This document shows, in pieces, positions 48,931 to 59,038 of a stretch of 64,000 nt of DNA. The translations under genes were made by a program, and so were the position numbers. Position 1 is the stretch's first letter; each line of letters opens with the position of its first letter. The DNA is from an uncultured Acetobacter sp. GTDB lineage: Bacteria; Pseudomonadota; Alphaproteobacteria; RF32; CAG-239. The notes beneath the pieces are model-generated. The model had not been told where the DNA came from. It made no database searches and was given only the letters and a program-made list of their open reading frames with translations. The stretch is taken from positions 7,822 through 71,821 of the forward strand of contig CAYQDC010000001.1 of the NCBI GenBank assembly GCA_964416205.1, in the 5' to 3' direction.

Positions 48931-50028
48931 ATGAAGAAAACAGAAATACGTTTGGAACTTGAACCGGGACAGGTAAACAAGTTCAATTTTGGAGAGTTTG
49001 CCAGAGTTTCCGAGAAAGACCTGTACAATTTGGGTGTCAGTATGGATGAGGCTGTAAAAGCTAACGTTATTCACAGCAATATATACGCTATGGACGACAA
49101 CATCGCCCTGCAGACCACTTCCAGCATCACCAACCCTGTACAGTTCTTTCAGTATTGGGAACCGGAAGCGGTGGAGGTTGTAACCTCTGCTTTGAAAATT
49201 GACGACATTGTCGGGCGCAGTATTGCCGGCAGTTTTGAAGATGAAGAAGTCGTTGTTACCGTTATGGAACGTACCGGCTCGGCACATCCGTACAGCGACA
49301 CGGCCAACATTCCGCTTTCAAGCTGGAATCAGAACTTTGTAACCCGCTCAATCTGTCGCTTTGAAGAGGGGCTTGAAGTTGGCTATCTTGAAAGCCTGCG
49401 CGCGTCGCGTATGCGCATTGACAGCCACCGGGAAAAAGCCGCCGCAGTTGCGCAGTCCTTAGCGATTGAACACAACAATATCGGCTTTTATGGTTATGCC
49501 AACGGCACTAACAAGACTTACGGTATCTTAAACGACCCGAATTTGCCGGCCTATCAGACTGTAGCTGAGGGCGCTTCTGACAGTACAAGCTGGAGCGGTA
49601 AAACATTTTTGGAAATCACCTCTGATATTATCACCGGTGTTTCGGCTCTGGTTAATCAGCTTGGTGGTTTGTTTGACCCGATTGCTGACGGCTTCACCAT
49701 TTCGCTTGCGCTTGAAAGCACACAATACCTGAACACGATGAACGATTTGGGTACAAAATCCGTTTCACAATGGATTAAAGACACTTATCCCAACGCCCGC
49801 ATTGTTGCCGCTGTTCAGTTAAACGGTGCTAACGGTGGCGAAAACGTGATGTACATTCACGCCGATCGCGTCAATGGCAAACCGGTTGTCAAACAGTATG
49901 TACAGGACGTTTTGCGCCTTGTAGGTGTTGAAAAACGCGCCAAAGTATCGGTTGAAAGTTATGCGTCAGCAACTGCTGGTGTCATCGTAACCCAGCCGAT
50001 TGGTTTTGTCCGTTATTCGGGCATTTAA
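48931..50028 (+). CDS. major capsid protein (candidate)
   Basis: 365 aa, strongest RBS/codon usage of the module, position after scaffold and before connector genes. Confidence 0.55.
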   Translation: MKKTEIRLELEPGQVNKFNFGEFARVSEKDLYNLGVSMDEAVKANVIHSNIYAMDDNIALQTTSSITNPVQFFQYWEPEAVEVVTSALKIDDIVGRSIAGSFEDEEVVVTVMERTGSAHPYSDTANIPLSSWNQNFVTRSICRFEEGLEVGYLESLRASRMRIDSHREKAAAVAQSLAIEHNNIGFYGYANGTNKTYGILNDPNLPAYQTVAEGASDSTSWSGKTFLEITSDIITGVSALVNQLGGLFDPIADGFTISLALESTQYLNTMNDLGTKSVSQWIKDTYPNARIVAAVQLNGANGGENVMYIHADRVNGKPVVKQYVQDVLRLVGVEKRAKVSVESYASATAGVIVTQPIGFVRYSGI

Positions 50029-50078
50029 TGCAACAGGGGGCGGGGTTTATTCCTGCCCCCGTTTTGAAGAGGTGATAT

Positions 50079-50366
50079 ATGGTAAAGGTTGTATCTGAAC
50101 TGGAGAACACTTTTGTCAAAGGTATTCTGCTTAAAAAAGGTGAGAATTATCTGACGTCGGCAAATTATGCTGTTCTGGCCACAAGCCCGGTATTTAAGAA
50201 TTATATCCGGCGGGAATTTATGAAAGTAACTGCAGAAGAACAAACCGCAGAACAAACCGCAGAACAAACCGCGAAAACGACGGAATCAACAGCAACAGCA
50301 ACGGTGGAAGAAGTCAAAACCACCACCAAAAAGAAAAAATCCAAAAAAAAGGGGAGTGAAGAATAA
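50079..50366 (+). CDS. hypothetical head-completion protein with EQTA x3 repeat and K-rich tail
   Basis: 12-nt repeat gaacaaaccgca x3 (50230-50270). Confidence 0.35.
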   Translation: MVKVVSELENTFVKGILLKKGENYLTSANYAVLATSPVFKNYIRREFMKVTAEEQTAEQTAEQTAKTTESTATATVEEVKTTTKKKKSKKKGSEE

Positions 50367-50725
50367 TGCCTTACGTATTATCCAAATTAGCCAACGCAAC
50401 TTGCTACAATGTTTATGCCAAAAGCCCGAGCGGAGTTAATATCGTAACCAAACGGATATTGATTGCCGGCGGTGCTGACGTAACGGATAAAAACCTGATT
50501 ATGCCCGAGGGCGTAGTAACCAAGATTGATAATGACGAGCTGGCAATATTGCAGGAAAACAAAGTTTTTCAAAATCACCTTGAAAAGGGCTATGTCCGTT
50601 ATTACAAAACCAAACCCGATGTCGACAAAGAAGCCGTTAAGCTAAGCAAAGACAACTCCAAACAGCTTACCGATGACGACTACACCGACGCCGGCAAAAG
50701 CGCCCCGGTAACAGAAGCGGAATAA
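50366..50725 (+). CDS. hypothetical structural protein (119 aa)
   Basis: ATGA-type overlap with previous gene. Confidence 0.4.
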   Translation: MPYVLSKLANATCYNVYAKSPSGVNIVTKRILIAGGADVTDKNLIMPEGVVTKIDNDELAILQENKVFQNHLEKGYVRYYKTKPDVDKEAVKLSKDNSKQLTDDDYTDAGKSAPVTEAE

Positions 50726-50729
50726 TAAT

Positions 50730-51152
50730 ATGACCACAGTAACGGTATCAGTTGAAGAGTTTTTAGAGCAATTCCCTGAATTTAACACCGCGGAATATGC
50801 ACCATACGCCGACCTTGCCCCGATATATCTGGCCAAAGCGCAGGTTTATATCACCGCGACTTATTCCGGTTCACGTTGGACGGAAGAGAAGCGCAAACTT
50901 GCGATATATTTACTTATGGCGCACTTAATTAAACTGCACTATGACGCGTCCACCGGCACGAACGTCGCCGGGCAGGTTGCCAGCGCGTCAGTTGACGGTG
51001 TCAGTATCAGCTATGTACAGTTGCCGACAACCACAGACGCGTGGAGCTACTGGTTAAGCTTAACGCCGTGGGGTTTACAACTGCTGGCGTTGCTGGAAAC
51101 AATGACTGCCATACCTTTTTATATTGGTGGCTCTATGGAACGGGTATTTTAG
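50730..51152 (+). CDS. head-tail connector/adaptor-like protein
   Basis: 140 aa; position. Confidence 0.35.
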   Translation: MTTVTVSVEEFLEQFPEFNTAEYAPYADLAPIYLAKAQVYITATYSGSRWTEEKRKLAIYLLMAHLIKLHYDASTGTNVAGQVASASVDGVSISYVQLPTTTDAWSYWLSLTPWGLQLLALLETMTAIPFYIGGSMERVF

Positions 51153-51161
51153 CGAAAGGGC

Positions 51162-51695
51162 GTGCCAATGCGACAATCAGATAAACGAAAATGGCGCGCC
51201 TTAACACAGAAAATATCAGATTTCAGGATTGAGGCGGGCTGGTTTGCCAATAACCGCTATGACAGCGGTATAAGCGTTGCCAACGTTGCCAGAATACAGA
51301 ATAACGGCGCCGTTATCCATGTAACAGATAAAATGCGGGCGTGGTTTGCCGCACAGGGTACACCATTAAAGAAAAGCACCCGCAACATAGTCATACCGCC
51401 CCGTCCGTTTATGACAAACGCCGTCAGCAGAGTAAACAGCACCGAGGGCGACCGCGCCTTTATTGCTTCGCTGATGTCGGTATTTGACGGCAAAATAACC
51501 ATTGAACAGGCCGCCAACCAGCTGGCTTTATGGTTGCAAAGCGTATTAAGCGAAGAATTTATCAAAATTAACGAACCGGCCTTATCCGGGTTCACCTTGA
51601 TGAAGCGACAGGAGCAGGGCGAAAAGGGTACAAAGCCCCTGCAGGCAAGCGGACAGATGTTGACAAGTATTCAGAGTAAAGCGGAGAAAATATGA
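51162..51695 (+). CDS. hypothetical structural protein (177 aa)
   Basis: position in connector module. Confidence 0.4.
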   Translation: MPMRQSDKRKWRALTQKISDFRIEAGWFANNRYDSGISVANVARIQNNGAVIHVTDKMRAWFAAQGTPLKKSTRNIVIPPRPFMTNAVSRVNSTEGDRAFIASLMSVFDGKITIEQAANQLALWLQSVLSEEFIKINEPALSGFTLMKRQEQGEKGTKPLQASGQMLTSIQSKAEKI

Positions 51696-52084
51696 CATTC
51701 AATGTATTAAACGCAGCATTAAGCGCTATTGCCCCGCTGGGCACCAACAAAACCGTGCAGTTTTATAAATACACCGGCACAATAGTTGATGACATGGGGC
51801 GGGACATACCGCAATATGCCGACCCGGTAGCTTATACCGGCTCTTTGCAACCTGTCAGCAACAGGATGTATCAACAGCTTGGGCTTGATTTAAACAAAAA
51901 TTACCGGATTTTCTACTGTTCAACCCTGATTGAGGGCTTGGCACAGAATGCCCACCCGGACAAAATGGAATACGACGGCAGAACGTACGAAACCGTCGAA
52001 AATCAGGTCTGGCACGATACGAACGGCTGGACAAAGGCCATATTATGCGAAGTGAAAGTTTTGAGAAATGGCGACAGTGCTTGA
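51692..52084 (+). CDS. hypothetical structural protein (130 aa)
   Basis: ATGA overlap. Confidence 0.4.
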   Translation: MTFNVLNAALSAIAPLGTNKTVQFYKYTGTIVDDMGRDIPQYADPVAYTGSLQPVSNRMYQQLGLDLNKNYRIFYCSTLIEGLAQNAHPDKMEYDGRTYETVENQVWHDTNGWTKAILCEVKVLRNGDSA

Positions 52085-52622
52085 TTATAAAACAGAAAAC
52101 CGGCTTTATGCGGATTTTATCAGTTGTGTCAGAAACGCTTTTGAGGTGTTTAATATAACCGGCTGGGAAGTCCGGCAGTTAAAGCAGGCGTTCAAATTCA
52201 CCACCATAAAGCCCACTGTTTTCATTTCTGTTATTTCCATAAACCAGCTGGGACGGCAATACCGGAAACGCCAGAAGACAGCAGGCGGAGTTTTACGAAC
52301 CAACCTTGCCAAAAAGGAAGTTACAATCCGTTTTTCTGCCACCCGCCGTCAGCTGGCCGGGGATACAGTCGCCACCCTTAACGGATTGGATGTACTGGAA
52401 GCAATACGCGCGTATCTGCAGTCAGAGCCGGGAATAGCCAGCCTTGCCTCTTTGGATTATGCGCAATATCGGGCGGATACAGTCCGCCAGCAGGATTTCA
52501 TCAATGACAGCGATGATTTTGAATTTATGCCGTTTTTTGATTGTACCTGCCTTTATACCGACAGTTTCACGGAAGAGGTCGGAAAGATTGAAAAAGTAAA
52601 CGAAACAATCTACAAACTATGA
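52068..52622 (+). CDS. hypothetical tail-completion-like protein (184 aa)
   Basis: position before sheath. Confidence 0.4.
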   Translation: MATVLDYKTENRLYADFISCVRNAFEVFNITGWEVRQLKQAFKFTTIKPTVFISVISINQLGRQYRKRQKTAGGVLRTNLAKKEVTIRFSATRRQLAGDTVATLNGLDVLEAIRAYLQSEPGIASLASLDYAQYRADTVRQQDFINDSDDFEFMPFFDCTCLYTDSFTEEVGKIEKVNETIYKL

Positions 52623-52635
52623 AAGGTAAAAATAG

Positions 52636-54159
52636 ATGTCTATACCTATGAGCAAATACGTGGCTATTACGTCCACGGTGGCGAATACATCGGCAGCATC
52701 TCGTAAAGATTTGATTTGCCGGGTATTTACCACAAATGAACTTTTTGCCGCCAACACGGTTTACGAGTTCACTTCTTCTGCTGATGTCGGTGAATTTGCC
52801 GGCACAACATCGGCAGAATACGCTTTTGCGTCAGAATATTTCAGCTGGACAAGCAAAACCGCAACCAAAGCGAAGAAGCTGTCATTTATGCGCTATTCTT
52901 TTGACGCCCTGGCACCATATATGTACTCAACAAAGGATTTAACTGCCCTTGCTGACTTTACAGCGATAAGCGACGGCGCTATGATTATAAACCTTGGTGG
53001 CGTTTCTTATGAGATTTCCGGGGTTGATTTGTCCGGTGCTTCGTCTTATGCCGATGTTGCCAGTACAATACAGACCGCAATTCAGGGCTATACCGCCGGC
53101 GGTGAACTGTTTACCAACGCCACCGTAACTTACGACGCCACAACTGCGTCCTTTAAGCTTACCGGAGGCGAAGCCGGTGCTAATGCTATCAGTTATGCCG
53201 AAGCCGGAAGCGAGGGTACAGACCTTGCCAGCCTGCTTGGTTGGGATACCGCCGGCGCCCCGGTTATTTCTGAGGGTACAGCAGAACAGACCATCAGTGA
53301 TGTTCTTAACAAAACCATTGATATAAGCACCAATTTCCTGACCTTTGGTTTTCTTAAAGCCTCTGACGCTTATGATAACCTTGCTGCAATCGGTGCTTGG
53401 GTATCAGAACAGAATATGAACTACCGCTGTTCTTTTGACCTTGGTGCGTCAAATTATGCCGACGGTATTGCCATTGCCGCCCAATACGAGGGTATGACTG
53501 CCAACTACAATATCAGTTATGGTGATGACAGTGTTGTCCCGGCGTGGATTATGTCGTGTATTTTACCGGCAACCACCAACTATGACAAGGCCAACGGCGT
53601 CAAGTCATATATGTTCCAGCAGTTTGACAGTCAGGCGGTGGCTGTTGGTGACGGCGACGGTACATTGTATCAGACACTTGATGATTTGTGCATTAACTAC
53701 AATGGCCAGACCCAGAAAAGCGGGCAGAAAATCGCCTTTTATCAGAACGGCTTTAATGCCGACGGTACGGATACGGCAATATTTGATAACGAGGCGTGGC
53801 TTAAAGACGCCAACGCCACCGAGTTTTTGAATATCTTTATCGGGCTTGATTTTGTTTCTGCCGATGATGACGGTATTGCCATTTTAACCGGCGTCTTAAA
53901 CGGCACGTGTCAGGAAGCCTTAAACAATCACGTATTTTCCAAAGGCAAAGAGCTGACAACTACCGAGCGCGCGTATGTAACTCAGGTAATGGATGACGAA
54001 AACGCCTACCTTGACCTGCAGAATAACGGCTACGTGTTTACCGTATCCATTAACACAGAAACGTCCGGCAGTGCCACCGTATATGTTGGCGAGTACACTC
54101 TGCTTTATTTGAAAAACGACACTATCCGCAAAGTCAGCGGGTCACAGATTTTAATTTAA
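52636..54159 (+). CDS. tail sheath protein (candidate)
   Basis: 507 aa followed by ~146-aa tube-sized gene, chaperone with frameshift and tape measure. Confidence 0.55.
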   Translation: MSIPMSKYVAITSTVANTSAASRKDLICRVFTTNELFAANTVYEFTSSADVGEFAGTTSAEYAFASEYFSWTSKTATKAKKLSFMRYSFDALAPYMYSTKDLTALADFTAISDGAMIINLGGVSYEISGVDLSGASSYADVASTIQTAIQGYTAGGELFTNATVTYDATTASFKLTGGEAGANAISYAEAGSEGTDLASLLGWDTAGAPVISEGTAEQTISDVLNKTIDISTNFLTFGFLKASDAYDNLAAIGAWVSEQNMNYRCSFDLGASNYADGIAIAAQYEGMTANYNISYGDDSVVPAWIMSCILPATTNYDKANGVKSYMFQQFDSQAVAVGDGDGTLYQTLDDLCINYNGQTQKSGQKIAFYQNGFNADGTDTAIFDNEAWLKDANATEFLNIFIGLDFVSADDDGIAILTGVLNGTCQEALNNHVFSKGKELTTTERAYVTQVMDDENAYLDLQNNGYVFTVSINTETSGSATVYVGEYTLLYLKNDTIRKVSGSQILI

Positions 54160-54171
54160 GGAGAATAAACA

Positions 54172-54612
54172 ATGCAAGATAGTTCTGCAATAGGCGTTAG
54201 TTGCCGTCTGGTTGCCTCTGTAACTTTTCCGTCCGGTATATCCTTTACGGCTTTCCCGGATGGTGCGGATTTAGGTCCGTCAGGCGATACTGAAATTGTC
54301 GGGAATGCGTCCGGTATAAACGGCGATTTGATTGTATGGTCAACCGTTTCCGGTCTGGAAGTACAGGTTCCGCTTATTCCGAATACCGAAGAAGAAGCGT
54401 TAATGGACAGCCTGTTTCAGGCCAACCGCGCCTCTAAAAACCGTTTTCCCAAAAAAGACGTCATCACGTTGGTGGTAACAAATCCGATTACCGGCGTGGC
54501 CAAAACGTATATTAACGGCGCTGTAAAACGTGGTGCTGTTGGTTATACCTACGGCGGTGATGGTCGTATCAAAACCAAAACTTACGGTTTCGTCTTTGAA
54601 GATGCAATTTAA
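54172..54612 (+). CDS. tail tube protein (candidate)
   Basis: 146 aa, strong RBS GGAG, between sheath and chaperone. Confidence 0.5.
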   Translation: MQDSSAIGVSCRLVASVTFPSGISFTAFPDGADLGPSGDTEIVGNASGINGDLIVWSTVSGLEVQVPLIPNTEEEALMDSLFQANRASKNRFPKKDVITLVVTNPITGVAKTYINGAVKRGAVGYTYGGDGRIKTKTYGFVFEDAI

Positions 54613-54632
54613 TCTAAACACGGGGAAGCGGT

Positions 54633-55109
54633 ATGTTATTACGTAAAGATTTTGAGAAAAACAGGCTTAATGAAGAACAGCCGACAACGCGGGCGCTTCT
54701 TGAACCGAAAGTTATCGGCATTAACGGTTACCGGTTTGTCATATCCAAAATGCCCTGTACGGTGGCGCAGGAAGTCCTTTTCTGCCTGCCGACAGGGCTG
54801 ATGCCCATGGCCAGAAACTACGGCAAATCAGAAGAAATGGCCTTGAAAATGCTGTCATACTGCGAACGTTGCTATGACGGCAAACCCAATGTCCCTCTGA
54901 TTTCCAAAACCCTGGTTGATAACAATGTGCCGGATTTTGACACTTTATTTAAGCTTGAACAGGAGTGCATAGCCTATAATTACGATTTTTTTCAAAACGG
55001 CAAGGTTTGGGATTTCTTGAACAAGGCAGTCTCCCTTGCCGAATCGAAAGCTTCCGCAATATTGACGGGTTTACTGGACAGATTATTGCAAGCGGGCATG
55101 CAACGTTAA
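54633..55109 (+). CDS. tail assembly chaperone (G-like)
   Basis: Immediately upstream of tape measure; carries slippery site near 3' end. Confidence 0.5.
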   Translation: MLLRKDFEKNRLNEEQPTTRALLEPKVIGINGYRFVISKMPCTVAQEVLFCLPTGLMPMARNYGKSEEMALKMLSYCERCYDGKPNVPLISKTLVDNNVPDFDTLFKLEQECIAYNYDFFQNGKVWDFLNKAVSLAESKASAILTGLLDRLLQAGMQR

Positions 55110-55225
55110 ATGAGTTAAAAACCATTTACACCCTTGAAGATGCGATGAACATCTTTGAGGCTGTCTCCATTACAAAATACAACGAATATCTTATCGCTTC
55201 CGCATCTTTGAAAGAGAAAAGGTAA
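55007..55225 (+). CDS. -1 frame extension (GT-like) of tail assembly chaperone
   Basis: Overlapping ORF in -1 frame; GGGTTTA heptamer at 55067-55073 in X XXY YYZ register of the upstream frame. Confidence 0.4.
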   Translation: MGFLEQGSLPCRIESFRNIDGFTGQIIASGHATLNELKTIYTLEDAMNIFEAVSITKYNEYLIASASLKEKR

Positions 55226-57294
55226 TGGCCGGAGTACTAGACATATTTACGATTGCGTTTCAGTCTGACGGATTGAAAGACTTTGAGACGGAATTAAAAC
55301 GCAACGAAGCCGAACTTGCCAGATATGAAAAACAGGTTGCCGAGACTGAAAAAAAGATGAAGTCTTTGGCCGACGCCGGCAAGTCCGACACCGTTGAATA
55401 TAAAAAGCTGGCAACCGAGCTTGAACAGGCTAAACAGCAGGTAAAGTTATTTGGCGACAGTGTAACCAGACTTAAAGGCGATCCGCAGGCATCTGTTTTG
55501 GAATTACGCCAGAAGTTTTCAAGTCTGGTTACTACCGTTGGCAAAATAGCCACTGTCGGCCTTGCCATTAAAAAAGCCCTTAACTTTGCCGAACAGGGGC
55601 AACAGCTTGACTGGCTGGCACAAAAAGCCGGTATAACCGCAGAAAAACTGTCCACAATCGGCAATGCCGCCAGAGCTTTTGGTGGCACCACCGAGGGTAC
55701 TGCCGGCACAATGGAAAATCTGCGCAGTCAATATCAGAGCCTGCTAATGGGCGAGGGTGGTGGAGCTTTAGAGCAAGCCACTTTCAAATACGGGGTGCAA
55801 ATATCGTCAGACCCCGCACAGATGTTGGAAAACATCGCCAAACGTATGGAAACCCTGAAATCAGACGCTGAAAAATGGGATTTGGCCAAAACTCTTGGCC
55901 TTGACGAGGGGACGACCCGGCTGTTAATACAGGGGCTTGATAAATACCGCGCTTCGCTGGAAAGAGCTTCCAAATATAAGATATTTACGCAGGACGACAT
56001 TAACCGTATGCGCGAATATCAGCAGATTTCCGGCGATATCCGTATGGGTATTGACAGCATTTTCAACAGTATTTACCGCGCTATGCTCCCGGCATTGACC
56101 GAAGTGGCAAAAGTCATTCGTAACATTACCGACTGGCTGGCGACCCATTCCGGTATGACCAAAATACTGGCGACACTGGCCGCCGTTGCTGTCGGCATTA
56201 TGTCCGTTACCAGTGGCGTCAAACTGTTAAACGTGGCGTTTAAAGTTCTGGCTGGCAATCCGGCCGTTCTTATGTGGGCAGGAATTGTCGCTGGCATTAC
56301 GGCCGTCATTGCCGTTATTCAGGATATATACACGTGGCTAAACGGCGGTAAAGCCGTTTTTGGTGACTTTTACCAGTCTGTAGCTGATAATTTCAGCGCC
56401 GCCCTTGAGTTTGTACGTAATTTCTGGGACGGCTTGACCGATGTCCCGGCCGACGCTTTTGAATGGCTGTTTACACAGGTTGATGAAATAAAAGCGACAT
56501 TTAACCAGTTAAAAGAATTTTTTACTGATTTATGGAACGGCTTTGGCGACGGCGTTAAAACTGCCTTTCAGGGCATTATTGAGTGGATTAAAAACAAACT
56601 GGCCTCGCTTGTGGACTGGATGCCCGAGCGCCTGAAAAAATGGCTTGGTCTGGAGAATTTTACCACCGATTCGCCCAAAGACCCTGACGACAGCAGTTAC
56701 ATCTCACCATACAGAGAAAACGAAAGAACCCCCGCCGACCGCACCTATTTTTCACCAGATACCGATAGAACCAGCGACGCCAGCCGTTATATCTCACCCT
56801 ACAGCGAAAACGAGTCCACCCCCGCCAACACTTCGTATTTTTCACCAGACAGCGAAAACGAGAGAACTCCCGCCAACCCCTCTTATTTTTCTTCGGACAG
56901 AGAAAACGAGCCGACACCCCAAACCCCCTCGTATTTTTCTCCAGACAGAGAAAAAGAGAGAACGCCCAAAACCCCCTCGTATTTTTCTCCAGACAGAGAA
57001 AAAGAAAGAACGTCTAAAAACAACACCTACATTTCACCATGGGAGGCGGCAGCCCGCGGGCAGACAATGTTGATATACGCCAACCAGTCGCCATTAAACA
57101 GCGCACCGGCGGGGGCGGTATCAAATTACTACTCAACGCAGGCCACCAACCAGACAATGATTGACAATACTAAGACCTACAGTCAGAGCAAAAGTTTTGT
57201 CATTCAGAATATGACCGTTAAGACGGACAATCCAAAATCCTTTATGGAAGAGGGTATGCAAACGGCGGTAACTTTTGACAATGGATTTGAATAA
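55225..57294 (+). CDS. tail tape measure protein
   Basis: 689 aa, coiled-coil N-terminal half, hydrophobic middle segments, C-terminal tandem repeats. Confidence 0.8.
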   Translation: MAGVLDIFTIAFQSDGLKDFETELKRNEAELARYEKQVAETEKKMKSLADAGKSDTVEYKKLATELEQAKQQVKLFGDSVTRLKGDPQASVLELRQKFSSLVTTVGKIATVGLAIKKALNFAEQGQQLDWLAQKAGITAEKLSTIGNAARAFGGTTEGTAGTMENLRSQYQSLLMGEGGGALEQATFKYGVQISSDPAQMLENIAKRMETLKSDAEKWDLAKTLGLDEGTTRLLIQGLDKYRASLERASKYKIFTQDDINRMREYQQISGDIRMGIDSIFNSIYRAMLPALTEVAKVIRNITDWLATHSGMTKILATLAAVAVGIMSVTSGVKLLNVAFKVLAGNPAVLMWAGIVAGITAVIAVIQDIYTWLNGGKAVFGDFYQSVADNFSAALEFVRNFWDGLTDVPADAFEWLFTQVDEIKATFNQLKEFFTDLWNGFGDGVKTAFQGIIEWIKNKLASLVDWMPERLKKWLGLENFTTDSPKDPDDSSYISPYRENERTPADRTYFSPDTDRTSDASRYISPYSENESTPANTSYFSPDSENERTPANPSYFSSDRENEPTPQTPSYFSPDREKERTPKTPSYFSPDREKERTSKNNTYISPWEAAARGQTMLIYANQSPLNSAPAGAVSNYYSTQATNQTMIDNTKTYSQSKSFVIQNMTVKTDNPKSFMEEGMQTAVTFDNGFE
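56695..57040 (+). repeat. ~8 tandem degenerate 39-42-nt repeats encoding SYFSPD(R/S)E(N/K)ERTP... within tape measure
   Basis: Repeated peptide units visible in translation (SYISPYRENERTPADRTYFSPDTDRTSDASRYISPYSENESTPANTSYFSPDSENERTPANPSYFSSDRENEPTPQTPSYFSPDREKERTPKTPSYFSPDREKERTSKNNTYISP). Confidence 0.6.
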
Positions 57295-57848
57295 TGGCTT
57301 TTACAACGGCAAGTATAATTCAGGCAGTTAATATCGTTTTGCTGGTAGGCAACAGCACGCAGGACACATCAAAATTCAATGTCTGGCAGGATGAAACACC
57401 GGTTTTATCAGGGCTTGGCGTTGTCCGGGTAACTGTTGAAGACCGCGCCAAACTGTTTGAACACCCGATTGAAACCGGGGCGGTAGTAACCGACCACGAG
57501 ATATTTGACCCGGCGCAGATTAACATTCAGGCATATATCTCAATCAGCGACACATCAACTTTAACCGAGCTTGAACAGCTGTATCTGGCTGGCACGGTGC
57601 TAAAAGTAAGAGCCGGCAACAAGATTATTGAAAAAGCGGTAATCTCTGCCCGCCCTTTTGAAATCTCGGCTTCGGTATTTGATAAAACGCTATACAACAT
57701 AAGTTTTAAGGAAGTCCAGACCGTAACTTCCACTTACGTTGCTATGAGTTCGGCCTCATCGGCGTCTGATGTATCAACAGTTAATTCCGGCGTTGTATCC
57801 GGCACATCATCAAGCTGGCTTTACTCGGCCTTAAACGGAGATTCCTGA
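57294..57848 (+). CDS. hypothetical tail/baseplate protein (184 aa)
   Basis: ATGG overlap with TMP stop. Confidence 0.4.
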   Translation: MAFTTASIIQAVNIVLLVGNSTQDTSKFNVWQDETPVLSGLGVVRVTVEDRAKLFEHPIETGAVVTDHEIFDPAQINIQAYISISDTSTLTELEQLYLAGTVLKVRAGNKIIEKAVISARPFEISASVFDKTLYNISFKEVQTVTSTYVAMSSASSASDVSTVNSGVVSGTSSSWLYSALNGDS

Positions 57849-57850
57849 AA

Positions 57851-58198
57851 ATGTCATATTCCATATCTCTTAATTCATCTTATGCCAATCAGGAGTTTGA
57901 TGTTCAGATTGACGGCCTGGATAAGGAAATTCACGTCAAACTGCATACCGCGTTTGATGTAACCTATATGTCGGTAACTGTCGATAACGAGCCACTGGGA
58001 GAAACCGGCGACGATACCGTTGGCTTTCCTTTTCTTTGCTTTCCCAATCAGAAAGTGATTCCCTACGCCTATATGCAGGAAAAGCTCGGCGGTAATTTTG
58101 TATTCGTAACCGAAGACGATAATTTCCCGAATTACGAGAATTTTGGCACAACCTGCAACCTGTATTTTGTAACCTTGGATGAAATGAATGAAGAATAA
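57851..58198 (+). CDS. hypothetical baseplate protein (115 aa)
   Basis: position. Confidence 0.4.
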   Translation: MSYSISLNSSYANQEFDVQIDGLDKEIHVKLHTAFDVTYMSVTVDNEPLGETGDDTVGFPFLCFPNQKVIPYAYMQEKLGGNFVFVTEDDNFPNYENFGTTCNLYFVTLDEMNEE

Positions 58199-59030
58199 AC
58201 GGGTTTGTTACATTGAGGTAGAAACCGTCAACAACGGCTCTAAGGTGATGAAAAACCTTAACGGCCTTGCTATCCGTGGCCGAGTCTGTCGCCGTATGGG
58301 TTCAGTTGGTTCAGACGCCCGCGTTGCCGTTGCCAACCTCTCTACAGAGGACTTGGAATACCTGACCACCTATGTTTCGCCATACATAAACCCCGATATT
58401 CGCAAGAAAATCAACATTTACGCCGGTTATGAAGAAACCGGCTACGGACGGATATTTGCCGGCGACATATACAAAGCCCTGCCAGACGGAATGCCCGACA
58501 CCTGGTTGAATATGGAAGCCAGAAGCCTGTATTTCGAACAGCGCACGCCCTTAAGTTATGGCACTGGCGAAGTAACGACACAGACTCTGGCGCAGTCTAT
58601 CGCCACTGAAATGGGTATGACCCTGGTTTGGGACGCCACCGAAGTTAAAACCATCGATGACTTTAACTTTTCCGGCTCAACCGGTGATTTAATCAAAGAA
58701 TACAATCAACTTTCAGATGTCGTCTTATTTGAAGACAACGGCCAGCTGAAAGCAGTTGACCGGAATCCGTCATCAAGCGGGCGGACTATGAAGCTTATCA
58801 CCAAAGACACCGGAATGATAGGCTTGCCCGAACCCGATCAGTTCGGCGTTAAAGTCCGTTGCTTATTAGACCCCTCAATAGCCTGCGGTGACTGGGTGCG
58901 GGTTGAGAGTGTGAAAATCCCGGCATTAAACGGCGAATATCAGATATACACCATAGATTATGACTTTTCCAGCCGTGAGCAGGCTTTTTATTGCGACATA
59001 TACGCAAGAAAGACCGGCGTCGGTATATGA
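58188..59030 (+). CDS. baseplate hub-like protein (280 aa)
   Basis: position before spike. Confidence 0.4.
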   Translation: MKNKRVCYIEVETVNNGSKVMKNLNGLAIRGRVCRRMGSVGSDARVAVANLSTEDLEYLTTYVSPYINPDIRKKINIYAGYEETGYGRIFAGDIYKALPDGMPDTWLNMEARSLYFEQRTPLSYGTGEVTTQTLAQSIATEMGMTLVWDATEVKTIDDFNFSGSTGDLIKEYNQLSDVVLFEDNGQLKAVDRNPSSSGRTMKLITKDTGMIGLPEPDQFGVKVRCLLDPSIACGDWVRVESVKIPALNGEYQIYTIDYDFSSREQAFYCDIYARKTGVGI

Positions 59031-59038
59031 GGTTGACA

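Noticed and set aside
50230-50270. Three copies of the 12-nt repeat GAACAAACCGCA
   Set aside because: Short in-frame EQTA peptide repeat inside a small structural gene; no independent significance evident.
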